This document shows positions 33,321-43,139 of a stretch of DNA of 64,000 bases, piece by piece. Every line of letters starts with the position of its first letter. Positions within the stretch are counted from its first letter, which is position 1. The notes beneath the pieces were generated by a model that ran no database searches, had not been told where the DNA came from, and saw nothing but the letters and a program-made list of their open reading frames with translations. This DNA is from Candidatus Limnocylindrales bacterium (GTDB lineage: Bacteria; Chloroflexota; Limnocylindria; Limnocylindrales; CSP1-4), in the NCBI GenBank assembly GCA_036404515.1, contig DASWZK010000016.1:17869-81868 (forward strand). The letters run 5' to 3'. The translations under genes were made by a program, and so were the position numbers.

Positions 33321-34408
33321 GCGACGCGAACCGCCGGCAATTCCGCCGTCTGCTGGTGACCGGCGGGGCGGGCTTTATCGGCTCATGTTTCGTCCGAGAT
33401 ACGCTGGCTCGCCGTGACGGCACCCACCTCACCGTATTCGACAAGCTGACCTACGCGGGCAATCTGGCCAACCTGGCCCCGGTTGAGGGGGACCCCGAGC
33501 AAGCCTCCCGCCTTCGTTTCGTGGTCGGCGACATCGCCGACCCAGCGGCCGTGGCGCCGCTTGTGGCCGAGGCGGATGCGATCGTCAACTTCGCCGCGGA
33601 GTCTCACGTCGATCGGTCCATCCTCGATCCGGAAGCGTTCCTCCGCACCGACGTCGTGGGCGTGCACGTGCTGCTGGAGGCGTGCCGTGCCGAGCAAGAG
33701 CGGGCCTCAAGGGCTGAACGCCCGACTCGGCCCAGGTTCCTCCAGGTTTCCACAGACGAGGTCTACGGGTCCGTAGAAACCGGCGAAAGCCGCGAAGACG
33801 ACCGACTCGACCCGCGCTCGCCCTACTCTGCTGCCAAGGCCGCGGGTGAGATGCTCGTCCGCTCCTATTTCGCGACCTACGGCCTCGATGCCGTAGTGAC
33901 CCGCGGCTCCAACACCTACGGGCCCTACCACCACCCCGAGAAGCTCATTCCGCTGTTCATCACCAACGCCATCGACGATCAGCCGCTGCCCCTCTACGGC
34001 GACGGCTTGCAGCGACGGGACTGGTTGTACGTGGCGGACCATGCCGGCGCCATCGGCCACGTTCTGGAGCATGGGTTGGCGGGTGAGACGTACAACGTCA
34101 CGGGCAACAACGAGCGCACCAACCGAGAGGTCGCGGCGGGGCTGCTCGGCCGGCTGGGCAAACCGTGGTCCCTGGTGCGACTCGTCGAGGATCGGCCGGG
34201 CCACGACCGCCGCTACGCCATGAACGGCTCCAAGCTCGCGGCTCTGGGCTGGACAAACAAGATGGGCTTCGACGACGGTTTGGCAGCGACCGTGGATTGG
34301 TATCGCGACAACCAGGACTGGTGGCGCTCCATCAAGTCCGGCGAGTGGGGAGACTACTACCGTCGCCAGTACGGCACTCGACTGGCCGGCTCACGTGAAG
34401 CCACATGA
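33317..34408 (+). CDS. rfbB: dTDP-glucose 4,6-dehydratase
   Basis: 363 aa. Rossmann VTGGAGFIGS, catalytic YSAAKAAGE (YxxxK), SDR extended family. Confidence 0.85.
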   Translation: MSDANRRQFRRLLVTGGAGFIGSCFVRDTLARRDGTHLTVFDKLTYAGNLANLAPVEGDPEQASRLRFVVGDIADPAAVAPLVAEADAIVNFAAESHVDRSILDPEAFLRTDVVGVHVLLEACRAEQERASRAERPTRPRFLQVSTDEVYGSVETGESREDDRLDPRSPYSAAKAAGEMLVRSYFATYGLDAVVTRGSNTYGPYHHPEKLIPLFITNAIDDQPLPLYGDGLQRRDWLYVADHAGAIGHVLEHGLAGETYNVTGNNERTNREVAAGLLGRLGKPWSLVRLVEDRPGHDRRYAMNGSKLAALGWTNKMGFDDGLAATVDWYRDNQDWWRSIKSGEWGDYYRRQYGTRLAGSREAT

Positions 34409-34424
34409 TCGGGTCCTCCCGCTG

Positions 34425-35390
34425 ATGCGCGTCGCCGTGACCGGGGCCGGCGGACGGCTGGGCAGTGCCGTCACCAGAGCGCTGACCGATGCGCCACTCG
34501 TCGCGGATGTGCTGACCTGGGATTTGCCCGATCACGACCTCGACGACCCCCTTTCCGCCCGGCGGTTGGTTGTCGCCTACCGACCCGATGTCGTCATCCA
34601 CACGGCGGCCTGGACTGACGTGGACGGCTGCGCGAGGGATCCGGCACTGGCCATGCGCCGCAACGGCGCTGCCGCCGGCGAGATGGCTGATGCTTGCGTC
34701 CGAGCCGATGCCGCGCTGGTCATGGTGTCGACAAACGAGGTCTTCGACGGCCGGCGCACCGACGGTTTGGCGTATCGTCCGACCGATCTCCCTAACCCCC
34801 CTAACTCCTACGGCGCGGCCAAGCTGGCCGGCGAGCGGGCAGCCCGAGGAGCTTACGGCGCGACGGGCGACGTGTTCGCGGCGGCAGCTCTCCGGTCGAT
34901 TGACGAAGACGAGCCGGGGCTTCCGGCCCTGGCGATCGTTCGGACCGCCTGGCTCTTCGGCCTGCCGGGCGCCGACTTCCCTCAGAAGATCCTGGCCGCC
35001 GCAATGGAGGCTGCCGCGGCGGGGCAGGCGCTGAGTCTCGTCGCAAACGAAGTTGGCTGCCCGACCTACGCCTCCGACCTCGCCGGCGCGATCGTGGCCA
35101 TCATTGCCGAGTGGAGCCGGCCCGGCGGCCGAAGCCTCGGCGGAATCCACCACGTCGTCAACTCAGGGCAAGCTTCCCGTGCCGAGTGGGCACGGCGGGT
35201 CTTGAGCCTCGCCGGCGTCGATGTCGCCACCATCGAGGTGCCGCTCGAGACATGGCCGCGATCCTCAAGCCCGCCACCCTGGGGAGTGCTCGAGCCAACG
35301 CCACTCCCCTGTGGATTGCTGCGGCCATGGCAGGATGCAGCAGCGGAATACATGAAGCTGATCGATCCGCGACCGGAGGCCCAAGAGTGA
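34425..35390 (+). CDS. rfbD: dTDP-4-dehydrorhamnose reductase-like (RmlD family)
   Basis: 321 aa. VTGAGGRLG, YGAAKLAGE. Contains an insertion relative to typical RmlD. No rfbC present in the window. Confidence 0.7.
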   Translation: MRVAVTGAGGRLGSAVTRALTDAPLVADVLTWDLPDHDLDDPLSARRLVVAYRPDVVIHTAAWTDVDGCARDPALAMRRNGAAAGEMADACVRADAALVMVSTNEVFDGRRTDGLAYRPTDLPNPPNSYGAAKLAGERAARGAYGATGDVFAAAALRSIDEDEPGLPALAIVRTAWLFGLPGADFPQKILAAAMEAAAAGQALSLVANEVGCPTYASDLAGAIVAIIAEWSRPGGRSLGGIHHVVNSGQASRAEWARRVLSLAGVDVATIEVPLETWPRSSSPPPWGVLEPTPLPCGLLRPWQDAAAEYMKLIDPRPEAQE

Positions 35391-35527
35391 TCCTTACTGC
35401 TACGCACGGCGGACCCGGCACCAGCGCGTCGTGGGCCACTACCGCTGGGGTGGCGGCCCGCTGTAGGCTGACGTGGGCAGGGTGAGCGACCGGGTCGAGT
35501 CGCGAGACTGGCCGGCAGTGGAGAACG

Positions 35528-36247
35528 ATGCAGATGAGCGAGGAGCCGGGCGACCGAGCCCCGGGGCAGCCGGCGGACCAGGCCAAGCCGGGCGTCAAGA
35601 GGACCACGAAGGCGTCTGAGAAGGAGAGCTCGGGGCAACCGCGACGGCGTGCCGTCTCGCAGAAGCCTGCTCCGGCGTCCGCGCTGCCATCCGTCCCGGA
35701 GGCGGCGTCGGCAGGCGGCGCCCACGCAGCCGCCGGCGGGCAGGACGACGCTGGAGCGCGTCGGATCAAAGCCACCAACGTCACCATCACCCAGGGAGGC
35801 GCGGCGGAAGTCGAGGCCGAGTCGATCAGCGTCACCCAAGGCGGCATCGGCGCCGCGTCCGCGGAAGACATCTCCGTTGAAAAGGGCGGCATCGGTCGAG
35901 CCGAGGCGGATGACATCGCCGTTCGCATGGGGGGCATCGGCATCGCTCGCGGCGAACGGATCTCAGTCGAGCTCGGCGCGATCGGCCTCGCCGCGGGAAG
36001 CGAAGTGTCGATGACACAGGGGTTCGCCCGGGCGGTCCTCGCTCGCGACGTGCATATCCGTCAGGGTGGCGCCCAGGTGGTCGTGGCTGCCAACGTCACC
36101 TTCGAGGGCCCGAGCGGAACTTTCGTGCTGCTGGCTCGCAAAGTCGAGGGCAACGTCAGGACCGTGCTCGACTGGCGCGGTGCGCTTGCCGCAGGGGCGG
36201 CCCTCGGCATCGCGATCGGGCTGCTGGCCCGGCGCAAACACGACTGA
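35528..36247 (+). CDS. tail-anchored beta-helical repeat protein (bactofilin-like repeats)
   Basis: 239 aa. Lys/Pro-rich disordered N-terminus. Six ~14-15-aa repeats of form x-I-S-V-x-Q/K-G-G-I-G-x-A (ISVTQGGIGAA / ISVEKGGIGRA / IAVRMGGIGIA ...). Then ...KVEGNVRTVL and a C-terminal TM helix. Confidence 0.5.
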   Translation: MQMSEEPGDRAPGQPADQAKPGVKRTTKASEKESSGQPRRRAVSQKPAPASALPSVPEAASAGGAHAAAGGQDDAGARRIKATNVTITQGGAAEVEAESISVTQGGIGAASAEDISVEKGGIGRAEADDIAVRMGGIGIARGERISVELGAIGLAAGSEVSMTQGFARAVLARDVHIRQGGAQVVVAANVTFEGPSGTFVLLARKVEGNVRTVLDWRGALAAGAALGIAIGLLARRKHD

Positions 36248-36409
36248 GAGGTCGGCCTGCGGACAGGGCGTGAACGTCGTGAGGGCCCGGCTGCGGCCGG
36301 GGAGATACAGCGTGAACCCTGCCCGGGAGCCGTCGGCTATACTCTGGTGCCGGCTGAGCGGCGTCCCGAGGATCCCTCCGCCAACTCCGATCCGCCACAG
36401 GAGTCCCTC

Positions 36410-37072
36410 GTGATCGACCCCACGGCGAGGGTTCATGCGTCCGCAGAAATCGAAGCTGATGTCACCGTCGGCCCACGAACCAGCGTCTGGAACCGAGCCG
36501 TCCTCCGCAACGGCGCCAGTCTGGGCGCGGAATGCATCATCGGCCGGGACGCCTTCATCGACGAGGGCGTTCGGCTCGGTGACAGGGTCAAGGTCCAGAA
36601 CGGGGCTCTCGTCTACCACGGCGTGACGGTCGGAAACGGCGTCTTCATCGGCCCTGGCGCCATCCTGACAAACGACCGCTACCCGCGCGCCGTCACCGCG
36701 ACCGGCGAACTGGCTCGCGGCGATGACTGGACCGTCAGCCCGATCGACCTTGCCGACGGCTGTTCCATCGGCGCCGGAGCAGTGGTCGTTGCAGGCGTCA
36801 AAGTCGGCCGGTTCGCAACCGTTGGCGCCGGCGCGGTCGTCACCCGCGACGTGCCCGACTACGCTCTCGTGGCCGGTAATCCGGCCCGACGTTTGGGCTG
36901 GGTATGTGCCTGCGGGACCCGACTCACCGACCAGGCCGGTGCCGGCGCCGCCCCCGATCCTTCGAAGAACGCCGCTCTCGTGTGCAAGCGATGCGGCCGC
37001 GTATTCGCCTTCAACCCCGAACGCGGCTCGCTCGTTGAGCGGCCCTCATCGATCACAGGAGTCTCAGCATGA
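36410..37072 (+). CDS. hexapeptide-repeat sugar N-acetyltransferase (WbpD/WlbB-like) with C-terminal zinc ribbon
   Basis: Left-handed beta-helix hexapeptide repeats. Start at the GTG with AGGAG 6 nt upstream; the track ORF begins at 36347. The extra C-terminal CACG...CKRCG motif is not usual for WbpD. Confidence 0.7.
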   Translation: MIDPTARVHASAEIEADVTVGPRTSVWNRAVLRNGASLGAECIIGRDAFIDEGVRLGDRVKVQNGALVYHGVTVGNGVFIGPGAILTNDRYPRAVTATGELARGDDWTVSPIDLADGCSIGAGAVVVAGVKVGRFATVGAGAVVTRDVPDYALVAGNPARRLGWVCACGTRLTDQAGAGAAPDPSKNAALVCKRCGRVFAFNPERGSLVERPSSITGVSA

Positions 37073-38175
37073 TCCCGCCCGCCCGCCCCGATCTCGGCCC
37101 CGAGGAGGTCGCCGCCGTCACGGATGTCCTGAACAGCAGCATGATCGTCGGGGGCCGGAGGGTGGCTGAGTTGGAGGAGCGCTGGGCCGCTTTCTGCGGC
37201 TGCAAGCACGCGATCGCCGTGTCCAACGGCACCGCCGCCCTGATGTCGATCTTCGCCGGCCTTGGTCTCGGTCCAGGCGATGAGGTCATCACGGTCTCCC
37301 ACACCTTCAACGCCACCGTCAGCTCGATCCTCTTCACCGGTGCCACGCCCGTTTTCGTGGACATCGAGCCGGACACGTACCTGATGGACGCGGGGCGGAT
37401 CGAGGCTGCCATCACGCCAAGGACCCGGGCCATCTGCCCGGTCAGCCTGTTCGGCGTCATCGCCGACATGGATGCCATCCAGGCCATCGCCGACCGCCAC
37501 GGACTGATCGTCGTCGAGGACGCCTGCCAGGCCCACGGTGCCCTGTATCGCGGCCGTCGCGCGGGCAGCTTCGGCTACGGAGCCTTCAGCCTGTACGGCA
37601 CCAAGAACATGACCACGGGCGAGGGCGGGTTCGTCACGACCAACGACGACCGGCTGGCCGACTGGATAAAGCTCTACCGCAACCAGGGCATGCGAGAGCG
37701 CTACCACCACGAGATCCTCGGCTACAACTTCCGCATGACCGACATAGCCGCAGCCATCGGCCTCGTTCAGCTCGACAAGCTCGAGCGGAACACGGCCCGC
37801 CGCCAGGCAATCGCGAAGCGCTACGACGAGGGCTTCGCCGACCTGCCGGTCCAGCTGCCGGCCTGGCCCGAGGGTCGAACGCACGTCTTCCACCAGTACA
37901 CCCTCGGCGTCGGATCGGCCCGCGATGAGATCGTGGCCGAGATGAAAGACGCCGGCGTCATCTGCGGCATCTACTACCCGATCCCATGCCATCGCCAGGC
38001 CTACGTGATGGAACTGGGCATCGACGCGGACCTGCCCAACACCGATGCGGCCGCGGAAGGTAGCATGTCTCTGCCCATGTACCCCGGCCTGACCGAAGTC
38101 GAGCAACGACAGGTCGTGGAGGCCCTGCGCGCATCTGTCCTGCGCCACGCCGTCGGCACCGGCAGCCGCTCGTGA
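37069..38175 (+). CDS. DegT/DnrJ/EryC1/StrS-family PLP-dependent sugar aminotransferase (WbpE-like)
   Basis: 368 aa, typical family fold and length. 4-nt overlaps with both neighbouring genes. Confidence 0.85.
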   Translation: MIPPARPDLGPEEVAAVTDVLNSSMIVGGRRVAELEERWAAFCGCKHAIAVSNGTAALMSIFAGLGLGPGDEVITVSHTFNATVSSILFTGATPVFVDIEPDTYLMDAGRIEAAITPRTRAICPVSLFGVIADMDAIQAIADRHGLIVVEDACQAHGALYRGRRAGSFGYGAFSLYGTKNMTTGEGGFVTTNDDRLADWIKLYRNQGMRERYHHEILGYNFRMTDIAAAIGLVQLDKLERNTARRQAIAKRYDEGFADLPVQLPAWPEGRTHVFHQYTLGVGSARDEIVAEMKDAGVICGIYYPIPCHRQAYVMELGIDADLPNTDAAAEGSMSLPMYPGLTEVEQRQVVEALRASVLRHAVGTGSRS

Positions 38176-39197
38176 CTACGAAGTTGCGGCTCGGCCTGGC
38201 CGGGCTGGGTTCGATGGGCCGGAACCACCTTCGGGTCATCTCCAACCACCCCGAGACGATCCTCGTTGCGGTAGCCGACCCGGACGCCGCTGCTCTCGAG
38301 GCTGCGGTCGTCCAGACCGGGGCTAAGGGCTTCGCCGATCCGCAGTCGATGATCGCCGAGGCCGATATCGACGGCGTCGTGCTGGCAGCCCCCACCACGG
38401 CCCACGTCGCCCTCGCTCTGGCGGCGATCGAGCGCGGCCTTGGCGTCCTGGTCGAAAAGCCGCTGGCCGCCACCGTCGAAGACGCGCTGGCCATCGTGAC
38501 TGCCGCGCGGAAGCGCAACGTCCGCGTTCAGGTTGGGCACGTGGAACGCTACAACCCGGCTGTGCTGGAGATGGGGCGCCTCCTGCGTGCCGGCTGGCTG
38601 TCCACGATCTACGCCATTACCAGCCGCCGCGCCGGTCCCTTCCCGGCACGCATTCGGGACGTGGGGGCGACCGTGGACCTGGGCACCCACGACGTTGACA
38701 TGATGTCCTGGATCGCCGGCGAGCGGCCCGTCCGCGTCTATGCGGAGACGGCCCAGCGGCTGCACGCCACCCACGAAGACCTGACATTTGGGCTGATGCA
38801 TTTCCCCTCGGGCGCCACGGGATTCCTCGACGTCGACTGGCTTACTCCGGCCAAGCGGCGAAGCCTGGTAACCGTCGGCGAAGAAGGGATGTTCGAGCTC
38901 GACTACCTGACGCAGAAGCTGACCTTCACGCGCTCCAATGTCGAGACGCCTCAAATGATCGGTGGTTACGCCACGACTTTCGCCGGCGACGTGGCCGAGA
39001 TCCCGATCCAGAATGTCGAGCCGCTGCGTGCCCAACTCGATGAATTCGTACGCGTCTTGAGAACGGGAGATCGGCCGTACGTGGACGGCGAGGACGGCCT
39101 CTGGGCCGTCGCCATCGCCACCGCTTTGCTGACCGCCGCCTCCGAGCACCGCGCCATCGATCTCTCCGACCTTCCTTCGAGGCTCGCTGCCGAATGA
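38172..39197 (+). CDS. Gfo/Idh/MocA-family NAD-dependent sugar oxidoreductase (WbpB-like)
   Basis: 341 aa. N-terminal Rossmann (RLGLAGLGSMGRNH), EKP motif (LVEKPLA). Confidence 0.8.
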   Translation: MTTKLRLGLAGLGSMGRNHLRVISNHPETILVAVADPDAAALEAAVVQTGAKGFADPQSMIAEADIDGVVLAAPTTAHVALALAAIERGLGVLVEKPLAATVEDALAIVTAARKRNVRVQVGHVERYNPAVLEMGRLLRAGWLSTIYAITSRRAGPFPARIRDVGATVDLGTHDVDMMSWIAGERPVRVYAETAQRLHATHEDLTFGLMHFPSGATGFLDVDWLTPAKRRSLVTVGEEGMFELDYLTQKLTFTRSNVETPQMIGGYATTFAGDVAEIPIQNVEPLRAQLDEFVRVLRTGDRPYVDGEDGLWAVAIATALLTAASEHRAIDLSDLPSRLAAE

Positions 39198-39289
39198 CAG
39201 TCGTCGCCCGGCCATCGCACGTCGTTAGCTTCCTTGGCGGCTCGATCAATCCGCCGGTTAACCCCTGCACCCACGGAACCCCCAGAAGG

Positions 39290-40636
39290 GTGAGCCCGTG
39301 GATTGGCGAGCCCGGAACCGTGGGTCGGGCCGTCGTGGTAGGCGCCGGCAAGATGGGTCTGCCACTGGCGGTCCAGTTCGCGCGCCACGGCTGGACCGTG
39401 GCCGCGGTCGACGTCAATCCGGAAGTCGTGGCCGCCATCAACGACGGCCAGTCTCACGTTGCCGAGGAGCCCGGCCTCGCCGAGGGAGTGGCGGAGGTCC
39501 GGGCCGCGGGCCGCCTGAGCGCCACGACAGATGGTGCGACGGCAGTCCGCGAGGCGGACGTGGCCGTGCTCATCGTGCCGGTCATGCTCGACGAGGGCCA
39601 ACAACCCGATTACCGCTACATGGACTCGGCCGTCGACTCGATCGCTGGCGGCATCCACTCGGGCATCACGGTCATCTTCGAGACCACTCTCCCGGTCGGC
39701 GACACCCGCGGTCGATTCGCGCCCAGGATCGAGGCGGCCACCGGCCTCAAGGCCGACAAGGACTTCTTCGTCGCGTTCTCGCCGGAACGTCTCTACTCGG
39801 GCGCCGTCTTCGCCAACCTCTCGACATATCCCAAGCTGGTCGGCGGCATCGGTCCAGAATCTGGAAGGCGGGCGGCGAACTTCTACGACTCCGTTCTCGA
39901 CGCCGAGATCGTGGCCATGAGCTGCGCAGAGGCGGCCGAATTCAGCAAGATCGCCGACACGACGTACCGCGACGTCAACATCGCCCTGGCCAACGACTTC
40001 GCCCGCTATGCCGACCGGGTGGGCGTCGACATCCAGGAAGTCATCGACGGCGCCAACAGCCAGCCGTACTCTCACATCCATCAACCTGGCATCGGAGTCG
40101 GCGGTCACTGCATCCCGGTTTACCCTCACCTGCTCCTCAGCCGTGCCCCCGACCTGGAGGTCGTCGCCGTCTCGCGCCGAACGAACGACGGCCAGGTTGG
40201 CATCGCCATCAAATCGTTGGAATCCTTGCTGGGCGACCTGGACGGGGTGCCGGTCCTTGTGCTCGGTCTGACCTATCGCGCGAACGTCAAGGAGCTGGCC
40301 TATTCGCGGGCCCTGCCCCTGATCGAGAGGCTGTCGTTCCACGGCGCCGACGTGACAGCCTACGACCCGCTTCTGTCGATCGAGGAGATCGAGCGCAGCT
40401 GCGCCAAGCCGTATCACTGGGGCCAGCCTGCGGAATTTCGAGCAATCGTTACCCAGACCGCCGACAAGCTTTGGGAGGAGATCGACTTCTCGCTCTTCCC
40501 CAAGCTCGAAGTGATCCTCGACGGGCGGAACAGCCTGCGGGGGATCGACCTGCCGGCGGATGTTCGCTACCTGGGCATCGGCGTGCAAGCCGCAACTCGG
40601 CGCCGACCGGCCGACGCCACCGGCGCCAACCAGTAG
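39290..40636 (+). CDS. UDP-N-acetyl-hexosamine 6-dehydrogenase (WbpA/WecC-like nucleotide-sugar dehydrogenase)
   Basis: NAD site VVVGAGKMGLPLA, catalytic Cys region (GGHCIPVYP), C-terminal UDP-binding domain. Start at GTG 39290 or 39320 is ambiguous; the track ORF begins at 39194. Confidence 0.8.
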   Translation: MSPWIGEPGTVGRAVVVGAGKMGLPLAVQFARHGWTVAAVDVNPEVVAAINDGQSHVAEEPGLAEGVAEVRAAGRLSATTDGATAVREADVAVLIVPVMLDEGQQPDYRYMDSAVDSIAGGIHSGITVIFETTLPVGDTRGRFAPRIEAATGLKADKDFFVAFSPERLYSGAVFANLSTYPKLVGGIGPESGRRAANFYDSVLDAEIVAMSCAEAAEFSKIADTTYRDVNIALANDFARYADRVGVDIQEVIDGANSQPYSHIHQPGIGVGGHCIPVYPHLLLSRAPDLEVVAVSRRTNDGQVGIAIKSLESLLGDLDGVPVLVLGLTYRANVKELAYSRALPLIERLSFHGADVTAYDPLLSIEEIERSCAKPYHWGQPAEFRAIVTQTADKLWEEIDFSLFPKLEVILDGRNSLRGIDLPADVRYLGIGVQAATRRRPADATGANQ

Positions 40637-40649
40637 CAGGCGGCCGACG

Positions 40650-41777
40650 GTGCGGATCGTCAGCGTCGTCGGCACGCGACCGCAGCTGATCAAAGCCGCC
40701 GCGCTCCAGCCCGTCCTGCGCCGCCGACACTCCGATGTGTTCGTGGACACGGGCCAGCACTATGACGACGCCATGGCCGGCGACTTCTTCGGGGAGCTGG
40801 GGCTCGCCCGGCCCGATCGCTCGCTTGGGATCAGCGGCGGCGGCCACGGCGATCAGACCGGTCGGATGCTCCTGGTCCTGGAGCCGCTTCTGCGTGACGC
40901 CGCGCCTGACGCGGTCCTGGTCTACGGCGATACCAACTCCACCCTGGCGGGCGCTCTGGCCGCGGCCAAGCTGGGGATCCCGGTGGCTCACGTCGAGGCC
41001 GGCCTCAGGAGCTTCGATCGGCGCATGCCCGAAGAGCTGAACCGCGTCGTGACAGACCACGTCTCGCGCTGGCTCTTCGCCCCCACTCCGGCAGCCGTGG
41101 CGAACCTGGCAGCTGAGGGGATCAACGCCGGGGTGCACGAGGTTGGCGACCTGATGCTCGATCTTGCGGCCCGTGTCTCGGGGGAGATACGCGATCCGGC
41201 CGTCCTGGGACCCATCTCCGAACGGCTCGGCGTGCCGCTCGCGCCTGGCCGGTTCCTGTTCGCCACGGTCCATCGGGCCGAGAACCGCGCTCCGGCCGCG
41301 ATGACGAAATGGTCCGCTTTGCTGGAAGCCGTCGCAGCACCGGAACGACCGGTGGTGCTCGCCCTCCATCCGGGAACTCGTGCCGCGCTCGAGAGAGCGG
41401 GCGTCGTCCTTCCCGACGGCGTGGCTGTCGCCGAACCCCAGGGCTATCGCACGTCGCTCGCGCTCCAGCTTCACGCCGCCGCCGTGCTGACCGACTCGGG
41501 CGGCGTCCAGCGCGAATCTGCATGGCTGGGCGTTCCGTGCCTGATTCTCCGGACCACGACGGAATGGGTGGAGACGATCGGAGGCGCCGGCAGCTCGGCC
41601 GTACTGGTCGGGCTCGACCGTGAAGCCGCGCTTCGCGAGCTGTCCGCCCGAGCCCCGCTGGATCGGACCGTCGAACAGGCCGTCGAACGCGCCGCGAACC
41701 TCCGGCTGGCGGGCTCAGGCGCCGCCGAACTCATCGCCGCCGCCCTGACCGTGGCGATCCCGGAGGCCCAGAAGTGA
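40650..41777 (+). CDS. UDP-N-acetylglucosamine 2-epimerase, non-hydrolysing (WecB/WbpI-like)
   Basis: 375 aa from GTG. VVGTRPQLIK and DSGGVQRE motifs. The track ORF extends upstream, overlapping the previous gene. Confidence 0.8.
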   Translation: MRIVSVVGTRPQLIKAAALQPVLRRRHSDVFVDTGQHYDDAMAGDFFGELGLARPDRSLGISGGGHGDQTGRMLLVLEPLLRDAAPDAVLVYGDTNSTLAGALAAAKLGIPVAHVEAGLRSFDRRMPEELNRVVTDHVSRWLFAPTPAAVANLAAEGINAGVHEVGDLMLDLAARVSGEIRDPAVLGPISERLGVPLAPGRFLFATVHRAENRAPAAMTKWSALLEAVAAPERPVVLALHPGTRAALERAGVVLPDGVAVAEPQGYRTSLALQLHAAAVLTDSGGVQRESAWLGVPCLILRTTTEWVETIGGAGSSAVLVGLDREAALRELSARAPLDRTVEQAVERAANLRLAGSGAAELIAAALTVAIPEAQK

Positions 41778-43012
41778 CCGCCACCGCGCCGCGCCGGCCC
41801 ATCTGCATGATCGTCCACGCCTACTACGAGGAGGACCCGCGCGTTCGGCGCGAGGCCGAGGCGCTCCTGGCGGCCGGCTGGGAGGTGGACGTGTACGGCC
41901 TCCGCCGGCCCGGTGAGGAACCGACCGGTGTGATCGCAGGCGTGAACTTGCATCGCTTGCCGGTCGGCCGGCACCAGGGTGCCGGAGTGCCCGTCTACCT
42001 CGCCGAGTACGGCGCTTTCCTGGCGCGAGCACTCTGGTCCGCGACCCTTGCCCACCGCCGCCGGAGGTATGGGCTGGTCGAGGTTCATTCGCTGCCGGAC
42101 TACCTGGTCTTCGCGGCATTGCCGATCAAGTTGTCCGGCGTTCCCGTGCTGCTGGATCTCCACGAGGCGATGCCTGAGTTCTTCCGAAGCAGGTTCCCCA
42201 AGGCTGCCAATTCGATCAGCTACCGCCTGCTGCGGCTGCAGGAGAGACTGTCGATCGCTTTCGCGGACGAAACCATGACCGTCAACGAGGCGCTGGCCGA
42301 GCGCCTCGTGGGCCTTGGCGTGAAGCCGGATCGAGTCACGGTGGTCCTCAACACCCCGGACCTGGCGCTCTTCGACCCGACCGCCCATCCCCGCCGGGAA
42401 TTCATGGCCGACGGCACGCTCCGGCTCGTCTACACCGGCGCCATTACGCCGACGTACGAGCTGGACGTAGTCCTGCGAGCGGTGGCGGCGATCGTCCGCT
42501 CCCGCCCGAACCTTTCGGTGACGGCCACCTTGTACGGCCGGGGCGACGCCCTGGCGGGTCTCGAGGCCCTGGCGGCCGAGCTCGGCATCGCCGATCGCGT
42601 CGGCTTCCCGGGTCGAATCCCGATCGAGGCCGTGCCGCGGGCCGTAGCCGATGGCGACATCGGGGTTGCCCCCACTCGGCTGGACCCGTTCACGGTGATG
42701 AGCCTGTCGACCAAGCTGTTCGAGTACGCGGTGATGCGGAAGCCCGTCGTGGCCTCACGCCTGCCGACCGTCGAGCGATACTTCGACCCGGACACTCTCT
42801 CTGTCTACGAGCCGGGCGACCCTGAGTCGCTCGCGGCCACGATCCTGGCCCTGGTGGACGACGCTCCCGGGCGCCAGGCCCGCGTCGATCGAACCAGCCA
42901 GCGCGTAGACGAATTGAGCTGGACGCGCCAGGCCGAGGTCTACAGGCCGGTGGTGGAGCGCCTCATCCGAAGATCGCGCGGCGCCAGATCGAAGGAGATC
43001 GCCGAGACGTGA
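41774..43012 (+). CDS. GT4-family glycosyltransferase (GT-B fold)
   Basis: 412 aa. C-terminal EX7E-like region, typical GT1/GT4 donor-binding domain. 4-nt overlap with the epimerase gene. Confidence 0.75.
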   Translation: MTATAPRRPICMIVHAYYEEDPRVRREAEALLAAGWEVDVYGLRRPGEEPTGVIAGVNLHRLPVGRHQGAGVPVYLAEYGAFLARALWSATLAHRRRRYGLVEVHSLPDYLVFAALPIKLSGVPVLLDLHEAMPEFFRSRFPKAANSISYRLLRLQERLSIAFADETMTVNEALAERLVGLGVKPDRVTVVLNTPDLALFDPTAHPRREFMADGTLRLVYTGAITPTYELDVVLRAVAAIVRSRPNLSVTATLYGRGDALAGLEALAAELGIADRVGFPGRIPIEAVPRAVADGDIGVAPTRLDPFTVMSLSTKLFEYAVMRKPVVASRLPTVERYFDPDTLSVYEPGDPESLAATILALVDDAPGRQARVDRTSQRVDELSWTRQAEVYRPVVERLIRRSRGARSKEIAET

Positions 43013-43139
43013 GCCGCGAACCGGGATCCGGACGTGCCACCGCTCCGCCGACCGCCGTTTCAGGAAGCGGAATGCGGTAGCATACGGCTCCGTCACCCCG
43101 GCGCGCCTCGCCGGGCCATGCTCGCACCAGGACGTCTAG

